DNA from: Protoeuglena noctilucae
Taxonomy: Eukaryota
Length of the DNA: 64,000 nt
Direction of reading: 5' to 3'
Assembly (NCBI GenBank): GCA_958009085.1
Contig: OY253681.1
Span: 186,001-250,000 of the forward strand
This document shows positions 38,808 through 51,733 of the stretch, one piece after another. The first letter of the stretch is position 1, and each line of letters starts with the position of its first letter. A model generated the notes under the pieces. It was not told the origin of the DNA and did not search any database. It saw only the letters and a list, made by a program, of their open reading frames with translations. The translations under genes and the position numbers were made by a program.

Positions 38808-40465
38808 ATGCCGGTCCAGGCAGGCCGGAAGGTGGTGCGCCCCCGCACTCGGGACGGCGCAGCGGCGTCCGTCGCGTCCGTCGATGGGAGGGCTGAGAAG
38901 GCCATGGACGAGAAGGAGGTTTTGGAGGAGATGGCGCGGCTGATGACGAAGACGGGTGCGTACATGGCGCTGCGCAGATGTAGATGCATGGTGAAGGGTC
39001 CCCGCCGCCGCAACCGGAGGCCCTTGTCCCTGACTTCGCGGCCAACCACTTCAATCTGCCGTGCCGTGTAGCGAGGGAGCGGTGCGCGAGCATGGCGGGC
39101 AAGCGCGCGCCCCGGGAGATCCGCACGTCTGCGCTGCGCAACGCACTCATCATGCAAATGCTCATGGGGATCGACGAGATGTGGTCCATCCGGGACAGGC
39201 ATCTCCAGAAAAGGCGAGAGCTCAACAATCTCCCCGCTCTTTTCGAGGAACGCTGCGCTGGATGCGTGGGTCACCGTCGCTAGGGTTTCGTGCTCCACAG
39301 GCTTACCAAGACCGAGGAGGCTCTGGAGCACCAGAACGACGTCACCAAGGAACTGAGGCGAGTCGACTGCTCATGGGGCTTGCAAGCGACCTTTTGAAAA
39401 CGACTCTGCCCAACCATCGACCTTGTGGCATGCCACTCGCTACCCAGTGGCACGTGAGCCAATCCAAAGCAGCCCTCGCCTCGCAGGGCCCGCTTGCTAG
39501 CGGCGGAGAACGCGCTGGAGGCGTGCCAAGGGGAGCTGGCACAAGCCAAGGAGGAGATCGTGACGTTGATGGCTGAGGTGCGACGGCAGCGACGGGGGAA
39601 GCGCGCACTCCCTATCCAGTATCCAGTCGCAGTCAGTTACTTGACTCTTTCATGTAACGTGCTCTGTCTCTCGCAGAAGGAGGAGTTTGCTGAGGCGATC
39701 GTGAAGGCGGAGCAGGCGGCGGTGGCGGCCACGGTCGAGTGCCACAACCTGCAGGAGGAGGTGGAGAACGTGGCGCTGCAGCACAACCAGTGGCAGAAGA
39801 CGCGCGCGATGCAGGAGCACCGGCTGAACGAGGAGCTGCGCCGGGTGCGCATCGAGCTGCGGGACTTGCGGATGCGGTCCAAGAAGGCACGGACGGACAT
39901 CCTGCACCTCCAGTCACGCGTGCACCAGCTCCAGGTGTGAGGGCAGGTCCATGGCGATACGCTTTCTCGAAGGACAAGTCCGGGTGTCGTGCAGTGGGGT
40001 GACAACAATACCTTCGCTGGGTTGTGTCTGGCACAGGAGGGTCCCATGGTGCGTGACGGGGATGCCACGTCGGCGAGGGGCGGCTCGGCCAACCATTACC
40101 TTCTGGAGATGTCCGTGGACGACCGCACCCGCGCCGTCAGCCGCGCCCCCGCATCGACGGTGTTCGAATTCCGACCCACAGACCGCAAGCGCCGGCCGCG
40201 GGTCAAGGGCAGGGGAGAGGGCGAGGCCCTGACGAGCCAGCCGGAGGAGGACAGCCACACCGTCAGGCGAGGGCAAGCGTGTTGGCACGGCAGGGCGAGG
40301 CCGGCGGGCAGGGCGAGGCGTGCCTCAGCGCTGTGCCTCAACGTGGGTTGCTTGTTGCGCAGGTCTGTGGACCGCTCGCTGCCATTGCCGGGGCAGCGGC
40401 CGAGCTCGACGGGGGACAGGCCAGGACCAGTGACCCCGTCTCGCAAGCCGGCCAAGGCCAAGTGA
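38808..40465 (+). CDS. Unknown coiled-coil protein, multi-exon
   Basis: Exons with consistent phases encode heptad-rich E/Q/L/R segments (LTKTEEALEHQ, LEACQGELAQAKEEI, LNEELRRVRIELRDL). Three GC donors. Confidence 0.65.
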
Positions 40466-40770
40466 ATTGATCCCGCGTCGATGGCGTTGTGGCACGCAGC
40501 ACGTTCACTCGTTGGCTTGATCCCCGGGCCACGGCGGGGGCTAGCAGGCAGGGACAGCTCTCATGCATCCCACATGATTATGCTCATGAAGTGCTGACTC
40601 GCAGGGGAGATGCCAGGCACGGGGTGGCCCCTTGCACACCATGCATCGCGGCATGCGTCTTTGCAAGTGGGTTTGGCTTGCACTTTCCCGCCCCTCGTCC
40701 CTTGGCGGGCTCGCTGCGTCGCTCCTAGGCCCTTTCGCACATGCTCTCTACAGCTGCCAGTGCTGTTCCC

Positions 40771-43700
40771 TCACAGGCCCCGGCCTTGGCGCAGCACGAT
40801 GTCACCGTAGGCCACGTCCTGCTGGACCTTGATGAACCCGGCACTCGCGCACACGCAGACCTGCGCGACCGAAAGCACGAACGACATAGTTGCTGCGTGC
40901 AGCAGTGCATTGGGTCGAACACGCACACACACACAGCCAACAAGACAAAGTTAATAAACTTAAGCCATCCGTACATAGTTCCAGCAATGACGACCCTGGC
41001 TGTCTCTGGCACCTGGTAGAACAGCTTGGCTGCCTCCCCACGGGAGAGACCCCGGCTAAGGGTCGCCGTGGAGATGTCGGGGGTCTGCTGGCCTTTGGCC
41101 GACTGCTCGAGGAATTTGGCCCGGAACAGACGCAGCATCGCCAGCGTGGTCCTGGGAACATAACACATCGCAAGGTCTCTGTGTGGGGAGTGTGGGGTGG
41201 GGGATGGCACGGGCGGGTGCGGGACGTGCCGTGCTGTGAGCATCCTCCAAAGCACCATTCAGCGGTGCAGTACTGCTGGACTGGAATGTGCTGCGCTTAT
41301 TTAGTCACCCAGCAGGTCCCCGATACTCCCAGGGAGGCCCAGCACACTCCAGCTGGTCGTGTCCATGAGTGGTGACCCAGCCCGCATGCACTGCAAGTGC
41401 ACCCACCTGCTCAGGGCCCCCGCGACCGTCACGGACGGCTGCGTCTCCCTGGCCGTCTCCTCCGGCAGCTCGAACTGAGTCAGCGACCCCAGGGCCTTGC
41501 TGACGCCCGACCCGGTTCCACAGCCGCTGCTCCCGGGCCCCACAACATCCGGGCCCTGGTAACCCTCCAGGGGCAGGAACTCGCTGGGAGCAAAGAGATG
41601 AAGAGGGAAAGAGTTGACTGGCGTTGCTTCTGTTGTGGCGTATGATGTGCGGTCATTGGCTCACTACGAAGTGGGTCCATGTCATGGGCATGCACATCAA
41701 TGCTGCCACAGGCGCGCAGAGCCTAGCGGACGCAGTCACTTGAGGTCGGCGTCGATGTCCGAGTAGACGGTGTTGTTGCCGGGGCCGGTGTTCGACGTGG
41801 GGCGGCTGCTGGGCACACGGGTGCTCCCGCTCACGTGCCCTGGGGGGGTGAGCCGAGGGCGGCATGGAGTCACCAGACTGCCACGGCTGCCACTGCACAT
41901 CGCTGTCACAGTCAGCGGGAGAGCAGCCAACTGGCAGCATCGTATGAACGTCACCACATCTCCTGCGCGCACTGTCGAAGCCAGAAGAGCAGGTGCCGCT
42001 CGCGCCCAGCACGCGCTCCCTCACTCACTCACCCGACCCGGACGACACCAGACCGAGCCGCGCCAGCTGCGCCTGCGTGCCCCCCGCAGCGGGCGTGCCG
42101 AGCGCCGCACGCAGCCGCTCCACCTCGAGCGCCGCCTCAGAGCCCAGGGACGCTCGCAGGGACGGCGATGGGCGGAGGGCCGATCCCGGAGCCCACGGTC
42201 CAGGGTCGTCGGAGGATCGCGGAACCCGCGCCCCGCTGCCCGTGGCACCCGAGGCACCGCCGCCCGATGTGCCACCGCCGCCGCCCAGCTGTGCACGGCG
42301 CACGGTGGCTCAGTCAAGACGTCCAGGGAGACGAATGCAGCAAGATGCTATGGAGGGCCCACGGGCTTGTCGATGAGATCGAGGGGTGCTTCATGCAAGC
42401 CGCAGATCCTCGCTGGCTGTTGTGCATGCGCATTCTGGCATTCTGGCAAGGGCGTGCGTCACCTCGTAATCGAACCCGGGCGCGTACATGTCGTTGTAGT
42501 GCGCCTGGAAGAGGTCTCCGGGGCCAAAGTCTCCGGGCATGGGGCTCCCGGCACCCGCCCACGGCTGGGGCTCGGGCACGGGGGCGTTGGGCGTGGCCGG
42601 GGCGGGGACCAGTGGGCTGGCATCCTTCTTGGCACGCTTCCTGCGAGCATCGGTCGCATATGGAGCCAGCTGTGGCTACTGGAATGGCTCTTGTCGTGTT
42701 ATATGCAAACAGCACAGGGCCTGCGGGACACACGCAGTCTCTCCCAAGGAGGCGCGTCCCAACAAGCCAATGCCGTAGATGGGTAGCCTCGCTCGGTGCA
42801 GTCACGATTGGCAAATTCGACAATCATGCACGGTGCATTCTCTGGCTCGCCTGATGCCTCCCAGGAGGGGCAGGCGCGGGAAGAGGGCCGAGAGCCGATC
42901 GAGGAAGGCGGCGTCCAGGGGCCCATACAGCGACTCGAGGAGGTGACGGATCTCGGGGCTGCGAAGAGATTGAATGGATCAAGTGGGGCGACGTCTGCAT
43001 GACGTGCTGGCGAGGAGCTGGGTGCGACGGAGGCCAGCCCAGGCTGCACCATGATGCGGTGCATCACAGTCCGTCGGCACATGTGCTCTGCCTGACCAAA
43101 ACTATGCTCAGAGATGGAAACAAAGACGACAGACTCACCACGGCGCCTGTTGCGCCCAGCACGCGGCGTCAATGCCAACGCCTGCCACCTCACCCGTCCA
43201 GGTCTCCGGCGTCCGTCGTGGCCCTGCGCTTGCCCAGGATGGCTTCGTGCAGGCGGTCCTTGACGATCTCGCTCTGATCCGTCGTCCACAGCCTGCGGAG
43301 AGCCCAAGCGGTGCTGCACATGCGACAATGTCCATGGATGCGACGCGGTGCCCACGGCAAGTGAGACGCGTCCCAATGGGGTGGCAAAGAGGCGAACAAG
43401 CTCTGATGCATACGTGCCGTGCATCGACATGTCAAAGCTGCTCCCTGCCCAGCATCTCTGCCCTCGTCACCGGTAGTCCCGACCCCGCACGGTCGTCTCC
43501 TCGTCCACACGCAGCTTCTTGAGGCCCTTGCCCTTCTTGCGCTTTGCGGGGCTCTCGTCAGCTGGGCTCGCCGCCCCGACTGGAGAGGCCTCCGGGGTCA
43601 CCGCAGCGGGCAAGCCGTCCCCGGACCACCCACCGCCACTTCCCATCTGCACGCCCCAGTCGGCGCTCCCGCCACCCGCGGCCTGCGAATGGTCACTCAG

Positions 43701-45031
43701 GCACTCTTGCAAACACACGGCAGTCACTTCCTCGCAAACCGGACGGTTCCCCGTAGCACGTCAGCACCGCCCCGCATTCTTCAGCTCACCAGGCCCAGTG
43801 GGCTCCGTTGCCCGTCGCTCCAGGGCTGGGCCTGCCCGCCGATGACGATGTCGTCGATGGCCGGCATGTCGAATGCACCCTCGAACTCCAGGGGCTGCCC
43901 TGCAAGCGGCTCACTGCTCGTGCCGCTCCCCGGCGCGCCAGGCGCCGCCAGCCCCAGTCCCATCGCTGGCCCAAAGCCCTCTGACAGCTCCGGCACGTGC
44001 ACCTCGACCAGATCGTCTGCAAAAGGAGCCTGGAATTACAGTGAGCAGCGCGCTAGGCCCGGAACCCGGTCCACTCCCACAGCACCGGTCGCATTAGCAC
44101 TCGCCATGCGCAGCGGGGTCCGCGGTGAGGTCAGGGAGCGTGGACATGACGAGAAACTCCTCCGCCAGCATCGTCTGCATGGTAATGGAGGTTGCAAGTT
44201 ACGGACCGGCTGTTCCGCGATGCAGCGGCACCAGCCAGAGGCGCACCGTTGCACACCTTGCGCTGCAGGCTGCTGGGCGGCGCGTTGGAGTCCGTCCCTG
44301 GCGCGGCGACCTCCTCGTAGGCAAGCGTGATCTTTCTGCAGGCGGTGGGAGCGAGCAAGAGACTCCGCGCCCGCTTGCCCCGTCCGGGCGTGCGCGCAGA
44401 GCTCCAGAAGGCAGCTGCACCTGAGGGTCTTGTCCTTCTTGGCCACGACGACCTCCGGGGGCTCCGTCTGGACCTCAAAGTCGGCGAGCGAGCGCTGCGA
44501 GAAGTGCGCTAGGCCATCTTTGCGCTCCACAGGTCCGGGCCGGGGGCGGGAGAGGTCGCAGGCCTGCACTCACCGCCGCCTCCAGCGAGTCGTCGTGCAG
44601 GTACGCGATCTGCCGGCTGAAGACTTTGACGACACCTCCGGCGAGAATGCCGCTCAGTCGAAGCGACAGGGGGACGTCCGGGTGCATGATGCGCTTGCTG
44701 TGGAGGGCGACAGGCGCAGCGTGCAGCAGCCCCTCCGGCGGCGAGGCAGCACCGCTGCGGGGCCTCGCTTACGCAGCAAGATCTGGTATCAACTGAACAT
44801 CATCCTCACCATGCTTCCGCGACGTCCACGGCGAGGATCTTCGCCCGGCCCAGCTTCTTGCCTCCATGCGCCACAATCCAAATCACTGCGCGCGCACAGG
44901 GCCGCGGGTCGCGAGCGCGGGTCGGGAGGAAACACTTATCCACTCAAGCAACGCATGCGTGCGTTTCCTCGCGGCGGCATCTCGCCTGCGAACGGACTCT
45001 TCCGCCCCAGCAGCTCGTTCGACCAAAACAT
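40771..45031 (-). CDS. REC8: Rad21/Rec8 kleisin, REC8/SYN1-like
   Basis: N-terminus MFWSNELLGRKSPFAVIWIVAH...PDVPLSLRLSGILAGGVVKVFSRQ; C-terminal winged helix GLSRGEAAKLFYQVCV...FIKVQQDVAYGDI. The kleisin call is firm; the REC8 subtype is inferred from LRLSGIL.GGVV. Confidence 0.8.
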
Positions 45032-45199
45032 CCCGGGACCCCGCGCTATGCAAAACCGAACAAATATCTTCAAACAGAGCTCTAAGGCGGCCGCAGCGGC
45101 TTCGAATTAAGAAAAGCCACCTCGGTGCTGGAGGTGCCGGTTTCAACGACAAGGCAGACTCTAAGCGGCAATCCACGCGCGAGTGGCATCCAGCGGTAT

Positions 45200-46627
45200 C
45201 TAAACGATACGTTCAAGCTCCCGGGCGTACATGAGCGAGTTGGTGATAAGCTGGAGGGTGGGGATCGCCTCGTGCGACTTCTCCGTGGCCTCCTGCGGCC
45301 AAGGGCCGTCAGCTTCCCTTTGCCACCTCAGGAACGCGACAGAGAGCAACGAGGTCTGGACGGACGGCGCGCCTGCGCCCATGGCCCGCACCTTGAACTG
45401 GAAAACACCGCCCAACACCTTCCAGCCCCGCTCTTCGGCAATCTTTGAAACCTCTGCCTCGGAATCCACCATCAGCAGCTCCTGCAGGGAGGGATTGACA
45501 GACGCTGGAACCCATGCTCCCCACAACCATGCTCCCGCCAACACAGAACACTGCCGAGTGTCAGCAGGGCTAGCACAGACCACCATCGCCCCCCCTGCCA
45601 CCCCTCACCTGCGCGTCCTTCACTTTTAGAGTATGGTATGCCTGTTCGATGCACGACGCGACCTCGGACCGCACTGTCGACATGAGCATCGCGGTTAGCC
45701 ACCCAAACGCTGGGTCAGGGATGTGCTTCTTACTCTCGCTGACGTTGTTGTATGCCCCATCCATCATCCACTGCTCTACTTGAATTACGTGACTGCGAGG
45801 CAACGGGACTTGTCGAGGTTTCTTTGTTGCGCCCCAGCCAACTCACGCCGCAGCTGCTGCCGTGGCTGGCGTGCAAGCTGAGCTGACCCGACCGGCATAA
45901 GCCCGCACTGCGCACCTGATGTATTTATCGCTGCGGGCCTCGCGGGGCAGCAGCTCGAGTTCCATGTGGAATTCCGCCGTGCGATTTTCGACCAGCAGGG
46001 ACATGAGGTGCAGCGCCAGCAGGAGGTTTTGATGCGCGGACGGTGGCATGCCGACCTCGGCGGCCGACGAATAGAAGGTCTGCAGCATGCTAAAGTTCCG
46101 CTGGAAAGCATCTTTGTCCTCCATCTTTGCTGCCACCTGCGGCACGAGGCTTGTGCGGCCTTTGATGGCGGATCCGGGGCGCCAAGGAGCGCTGGACGAT
46201 AAAAGATATCTTTGATAGCGGATCCGGGACGCCAAGGCGCGCTGGACGATAAAATATATGTAAGGAGCAAGATGCAAGCAAGGACGTGGCCGCCAGTCAC
46301 CTTGACGGCGTACTCGAGGCCCTCTTGTGCGACAGTGAGCTCGGCCTTGACCGAGGGTGAAACGGAGCCGGGGACTAGGCCCGGGAAAGCCACGACTTTG
46401 GACTTGATTTTGTTTACGAGCTGGTCGCATGCCTTGAGGTCGTTCTTAGAGAAAGCTTTCTGGGGAAATAAGCGGGGGTGGTGAGTTTGCCACCGCAGCG
46501 GCCCCGGGCCGCGCCTCGCGTGACACACAGTGCGCGTAGCCAGGACAGACGGCCGTGCGGATCGTTAGCAGCGCGCACGCGCCTTGAGCTCCTCCACAAA
46601 GCCCTCCGTCTCTTTCAGCGCGGCCAT
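45200..46627 (-). CDS. RPN12: 26S proteasome lid subunit RPN12/PSMD8
   Basis: LLVENRTAEFHMELELL, EQWMMDGAYN, TVRSEVASCIEQAY, LMYARELERIV*. Confidence 0.96.
46161..46260. repeat. 50-bp tandem duplication inside RPN12 intron 2
   Basis: tttgat(g/a)gcggatccggg(g/a)cgccaagg(a/c)gcgctggacgataaaa(g/t)atat(c/g) x2. Confidence 0.9.
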
Positions 46628-47036
46628 AATTGCGCCGTTCCCCCTTCCGTGGCCGCTGGCCCCTCTTACTGAAGCCTGTTCCCGCTCGGGGTGGTCAAAG
46701 GAGGGCAGAGCCGGCCAAATGCGCCAAGAGGCTCAAGTTGGGGGAACTTGGGTGGTTAGCGGCTAAGAAGGACACCGAAGCGCCAGATCGATGGCTCCTT
46801 TGTCCACAGCTAAGATCATGCAACGTCTGGGGAGAAACGGGGGGGCGAGGAAAGCGTTGTGGAGGCGACAGACCAGCGAAACGGTGCGTCCTGCAGGTTC
46901 CGGCACCCGCAGTTCTCTTCCTGGCCTCGTGAGGCGCAAGCGAGACTGACGCTTTCGCGAGAACGTCGCAGGGGAGGAAGCGGGTGCGCTGGCTGGGCCA
47001 GCACGTGCCAACGAGTCCCCGGCAGCGCGGGGGGCC

Positions 47037-49884
47037 ATGGTGTCGCCCGATTTGGGAGATGCGGCCTTGCCACTGTCGACGATACGTGCGGTGAGTCAAC
47101 GTCGGTGCTCATGTGGTCTCTGAGGCTCGGGCGGGGAGAGCCCGGACTGCAGAGCCCCGTTGCGTCCCGCAGGAGGCACGCGCCTGCCTTCTGAGCGCGC
47201 TTGACGCGCGTCGGGGGAAGAAGCTGCTCGTGCTGGACCGGCGCGTGGCGCCCATCGTGAACCAGCTGGTGGAGAAGCCCCTATTGAGGGAGCACGGCGT
47301 GGAGGGCGACGTGTTGCTGCCCCTGCCTGGCCAGCACGGCACTCTTGCGGCCGCAGCGCTGGCGGTGCCGGCGCAATGCACGCACGTCGTCTTCCTGATG
47401 CGCCCGGACGTGGAGCAGGTGCCCAACCTGGTGGCGTGGGTCAAGGCGATCCGCGCCGACCACCCAGACGTCGAGATGTCCGCCGTGTTCGTTCCCCGGC
47501 GCACTTTGGCTTACGACCAGGCCATCGACGAGGCGGGCATCTCCGGCGACCTCGCGTGCTTCGAGGCGGACCTCACGATGCTGCCCCTGGAACGTGACGT
47601 GCTGTCGTTGGAGCTCGAGGGGTCGCTGGGGGAGGTGGCCTTGGGCGGGGACACGACGTCGCTGTTCTACACGGCGACGGCGCTCCTGCGGCTCCAGCAG
47701 CGCTTCGGCGGCGTCGAGACGGTCCTGGCGGTCGGCAGGGCGGCCGGGGCCACGTGCGGCATCCTGGCCCGGCTGCGGCACGGGCTGCAGGTGTCGCAGC
47801 TCCCTCGCTCGGGTGGCAAGCTCGGGAGCATCGTGGTGTTTGACCGGGCCGCGGACCTCGTGACGCCGCTGCTCACCCAGATGACCTACGAGGGTCTCAT
47901 TGACGAGCTGCTGGTGAGGGGCTTCGTGGCACGTCGCATATTGTTGAACAATATGATAGGCAATATGTCCTGGTGGTCTCAGTCGTCAGGGAGTAGCTCC
48001 TGGCAGGGCAGGCCAGAGAGCTGGTTGGGTTGAGTCAATCCCTGAGGCTGGGTCCGTTAGGTAAGATGCGACGCTTCCTCCGCCCTTCTGATCCCTCTGC
48101 AGGGCATCACGAATGGCATGGTGGAGTTTGAGAAGCCTCCAGACACCCCCGTGCGCGAGACGGGCGGGGCCAGCACGAGCGGGGCAGGGACATCGGCCGG
48201 CGATGGGCGTGGGGCGCGGCCTCAGATGCAGCGTGCGGCCTTGAACTCGTCGGATAAGGTGTTTCGGGAGATCCGGGATTTGTCGTACGCGGCGGCGGCC
48301 GCCTGGATCCGGGAGGTGAGCGACGGAGCGAGTGAGGGATGACCTCTGACCAACCATGACTGAGCCTTCCTGAGAAGCCCGGAGGAGAAAGGGGGTGCGC
48401 GAGTTGCCTCGGACAGCGCAAGATTCGAACCAATACGTTTCACCCCGGTCCTCGCCCCCCGCAGAAGGCAGCGACGATGCAGCAGGACTACCGTAGCCTC
48501 GACGCCCATGCGCAGAGCATGCAGGGCGTCAAGGCCTTCGTGAAGCGCCTGCACACGCTCCCGGAGCTGCAGAGACACACGAGCATCGCCGAGACGCTGT
48601 CAACCGGTGCACGTGACGAGGCTTTCATGGCCCGTATCAGAGCAGAGCAGTCACTGTTGGAGGGGGGCTCCCAAGCCGGGGAGATGGCTGCAGAGGTGCT
48701 GGAGGGGATGATGGTGGACCGAAAGCCTTTGGAGAGCGTGCTCAGGCAAGGACAGCTGGGCTTTTGATTCATGTCACCGGTGCTGCCGGCGTACCTGCCC
48801 GCCTTTCGCTGGATTGTTCACCTGGTGTCGTGAAGCCACCACCCTCAGTGACTGTTCGGATCTCATGCTCGATTCCATGAACCCGCTGCTCTCAGGCTCC
48901 TCTGCCTCGCGACGCACACCCCCGGCGGCGTGCCGCGGCGGTCCTGGGAGGGCCTTTGCCGCGCGCTCCTACACAGCTACGGCCACGAGCACAGCCTGAC
49001 GCTCCAGGACCTGCGCAAGGCCGGGCTGGTGTGCCCCAAGGACGGCGGCAAGTCGCCTTACACGGTGCTCAAGCGTCCCCTGGGCCTTCTGGTGGATGCG
49101 CTGGATGAGAGGAACCCCGACGATGCGGCGTACGTGTACGGAGGGTACGCGCCCATATGGTGAGAGGCAGTGGTCCCGCCGCGTGCCTGGAGACGAGCGC
49201 GAGGATATTTGTAGATCGGAGGGTAGCTTGATTACGCTCTGACGGCGTCTGGTGTCCCGGGTCTGCCCCGGTGCGCGATGAGGGCCCGCCTGCATCCCCC
49301 CGTCTTGCGGTTGCAGTGTGGGCCTTGCCATGGCACCCCTGCCCCGCTCGCCCTCGCAGTGTCCGGGTCGTCGAGCGATGGCTTAAAGGCACGCTGCCGG
49401 CGGACGCAGTCAAGCAGGCGACGGGCGTGTGTTTCGAGATGAAGCAGACGGTCGATGCCCGGGGCGTCCCTGTCGAGGTGAGGGCTGCTGAGAAGAGCGA
49501 GATGGAAGACCCTTTCTTGTTGCTTCGTTGGCAGCTGAGGAACGGGGCAGTGTCGCTGCCCCTGTCTCGCAGACGCGCGCGGACGTGCGTCCCACGAGGC
49601 AGCGTGGCGGGTCCGTCGACGATGCCGGCGGCTCTTCGGCCTCTCCGGCCCCAGCCCCGGGTGCCTTGGTGGTGGTCTTCCTGGGCGGGGTATGCCCTGC
49701 GGAGATCTCTGCGCTGCGGCACCTGGAGAAGCGCGGGCTGATCCCTGGCGGTCTGGTGGTGCTCACGACCAAGGTCATCAACGGCAACAGCCTCGTGCGG
49801 TCGCTGGTGCCCGCCGCGGTGCAGCGGGCCGACCTGCTCCGGCAGTCACTGGCTGAGAAATGGGCAGCGGTTGGGGCGGGATGA
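47037..49884 (+). CDS. VPS33: Vacuolar protein sorting 33 (Sec1/Munc18 family)
   Basis: GKKLLVLD, FVPRRT, PLERDVLSLE, DRAADLVTPLLTQMTYEGLIDE, LNSSDKVFREIRD, LLHSYGHEH, YVYGGYAP, VVFLGGVCPAEISALR. Confidence 0.95.
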
Positions 49885-50038
49885 GGCGGCGTGCGAGCAA
49901 CGCCTGTGGCCTCTTGAGCGCAAGTGCTGTCCTCAGATGTCTAGCACACGAAATCGACTCTAACCCATTTGCTGGGCAATACATCATGAGCCGTGTCAAC
50001 TGTTGTCTACGTCCGCTGCTGCAATGCCGTCTGCATAG

Positions 50039-51201
50039 CTAGCCAACCATTGGCCGCTTCCGCCCTCGCAACCGAACCTCCTTGAAGCGGTTGATGATTA
50101 CGCCGCCACGTTTGGAGTGCCTCCCATAGGCACTGAGGATCTTTTGGAACATGGCCGTGTCGCCGTCATGGGCAGAGGAGATGGCTCTCTGGGAGTGCAG
50201 TGAGAGTGGCTGGCGTTGGGTCGGGGACAAGACAAGCAGGCGTCGCTGCAGCAAACGGCTGGAAGTTGGCGGATTGCGGCCTCTATCGATGACACTATGC
50301 GCATGGATCGCACAGGTCGGAATTACAGCTGCAGCGAGGGTACGCTGTAACCATCCCAATGCATCCACTGCAGCCCCACCTCCAGGACGTAGAGGTCGAC
50401 GGCCTTGTCCTCCACCACGGTGCTCGTGAAGGCGAGGCCGAAGTCTATCACGACCACCTTGCTATCTGCGAAGCACGGGTGTAAGAACGGTGACACGCAT
50501 GGCGTGACGCTTCCCGCCTTCTGCTGGCGGCGTTCGCCCAAAGAGAGGCAGCACCTGAGTCGCGAACCAAAATGTTGGAGGTGGTGAGATCGCCGTGCAC
50601 GAGGTTGCCGTCGTGCAGCGTGGCCACGGCAACTCCAATCTGCGACAGGACGGAGTCCAGCGCCTGCCCCTCCAGCGCCTGGCTGAAGAGGAGGTCCTTC
50701 ACGCTCCGCCCTTGCACATGCTCCATGAAAATGCAGTACCGAGACATGTCTGCGACGAGGAAGCGGGGGCGTGGGAGGCGGCGCGGCTGGGGCAGGAGCT
50801 GCAGCAGCAAAAGAGGCGCCCCTGCTCGCACCCGTGTAGTAAACGGTGGGCGCCCGGACGCCCATCTTCCTCGCACGAGCGATGCACGCGACCTCCGACC
50901 TGCACCTTTGCTTCGCCAGCTTCTCGTCGAGCGTTGGGTGCCGATACGCCTGCAGCAAGAAAGCGAACCAGGTCTTGCGTCTCCGGGGCGCAGAATTCGG
51001 TCATGGGAAGTCGCTGGCAGGAGGTTCCTGAGACGACAGTCACGGTGGCCTGACCATCGCTCGCATCGGCGCGGAATCGTGCACGCAGCGCACCTTCTTG
51101 AAGCGTTGCTTCACGATGGCTGGCCGGCCCAGGAACTGCGTGCGGTACACCTTGCCCTCCGCGCCCTGCGCGAGGATCTCCATCGCTTCTACATCGTACA
51201 T
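50039..51201 (-). CDS. BUD32: KEOPS complex kinase Bud32/TP53RK
   Basis: AQGAEGKVY, KQRFKKAYRHPTLD, VHGDLTTSN, IDFGL, EDKAVDLYVLE, EVRLRGRKRPMVG*. Confidence 0.96.
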
Positions 51202-51733
51202 CCGCCTCCAGCCTTCGCGTGGGATGCCCACGCTAACCACGCCGACTGCGCGTGTCGACGGCTTGGCCGACAAATAGCTCAGGTGGAAAGGAACGGCGTG
51301 GTAAGTGATACAAAAAACGCTTCTCTTTGCATCCAAGCTCGCGATACACCACGCGGACAGGCTGGTCGCCAGCTCTTGAGGCGCTCGACGCATCGCCAGA
51401 CCATGCCAGGAAACAGCGGACGGCGAACATCTGCTGGCGTGATGGCTCGACAGCCTGTACTCCACACTCGGATAGAACAGACACAGTTCGCACTCACTTC
51501 CTCGGCTGGCCCCGTTGGAACCCAGCAATTCGTGTATCGCAAACTCCGGGCCTAAAGGAGGCACTTGAGTCGGATAAGAAGCCTTCTTTCATCCCCTGCG
51601 GTGCTTAGGGGGTTGAGGGGAGCCCAGGGCGCTTAGGGTGGGAGCTTTCCACGCTTGGAGCACAGGGCGGGAGCTCCCCGCGCTCGGCGCCCGCTGAGCT
51701 TCGCCGTGGGCGGGACCGGCATCAGCGGGCGCC

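Noticed and set aside
44760..44800. In-frame-looking ATG TTC AGT TGA TAC CAG ATC TTG resembling a kleisin start with a recoded UGA
   Set aside because: It lies within REC8 intron 2. The real start, MFWSNELL, is at 45031, and no SECIS was seen.
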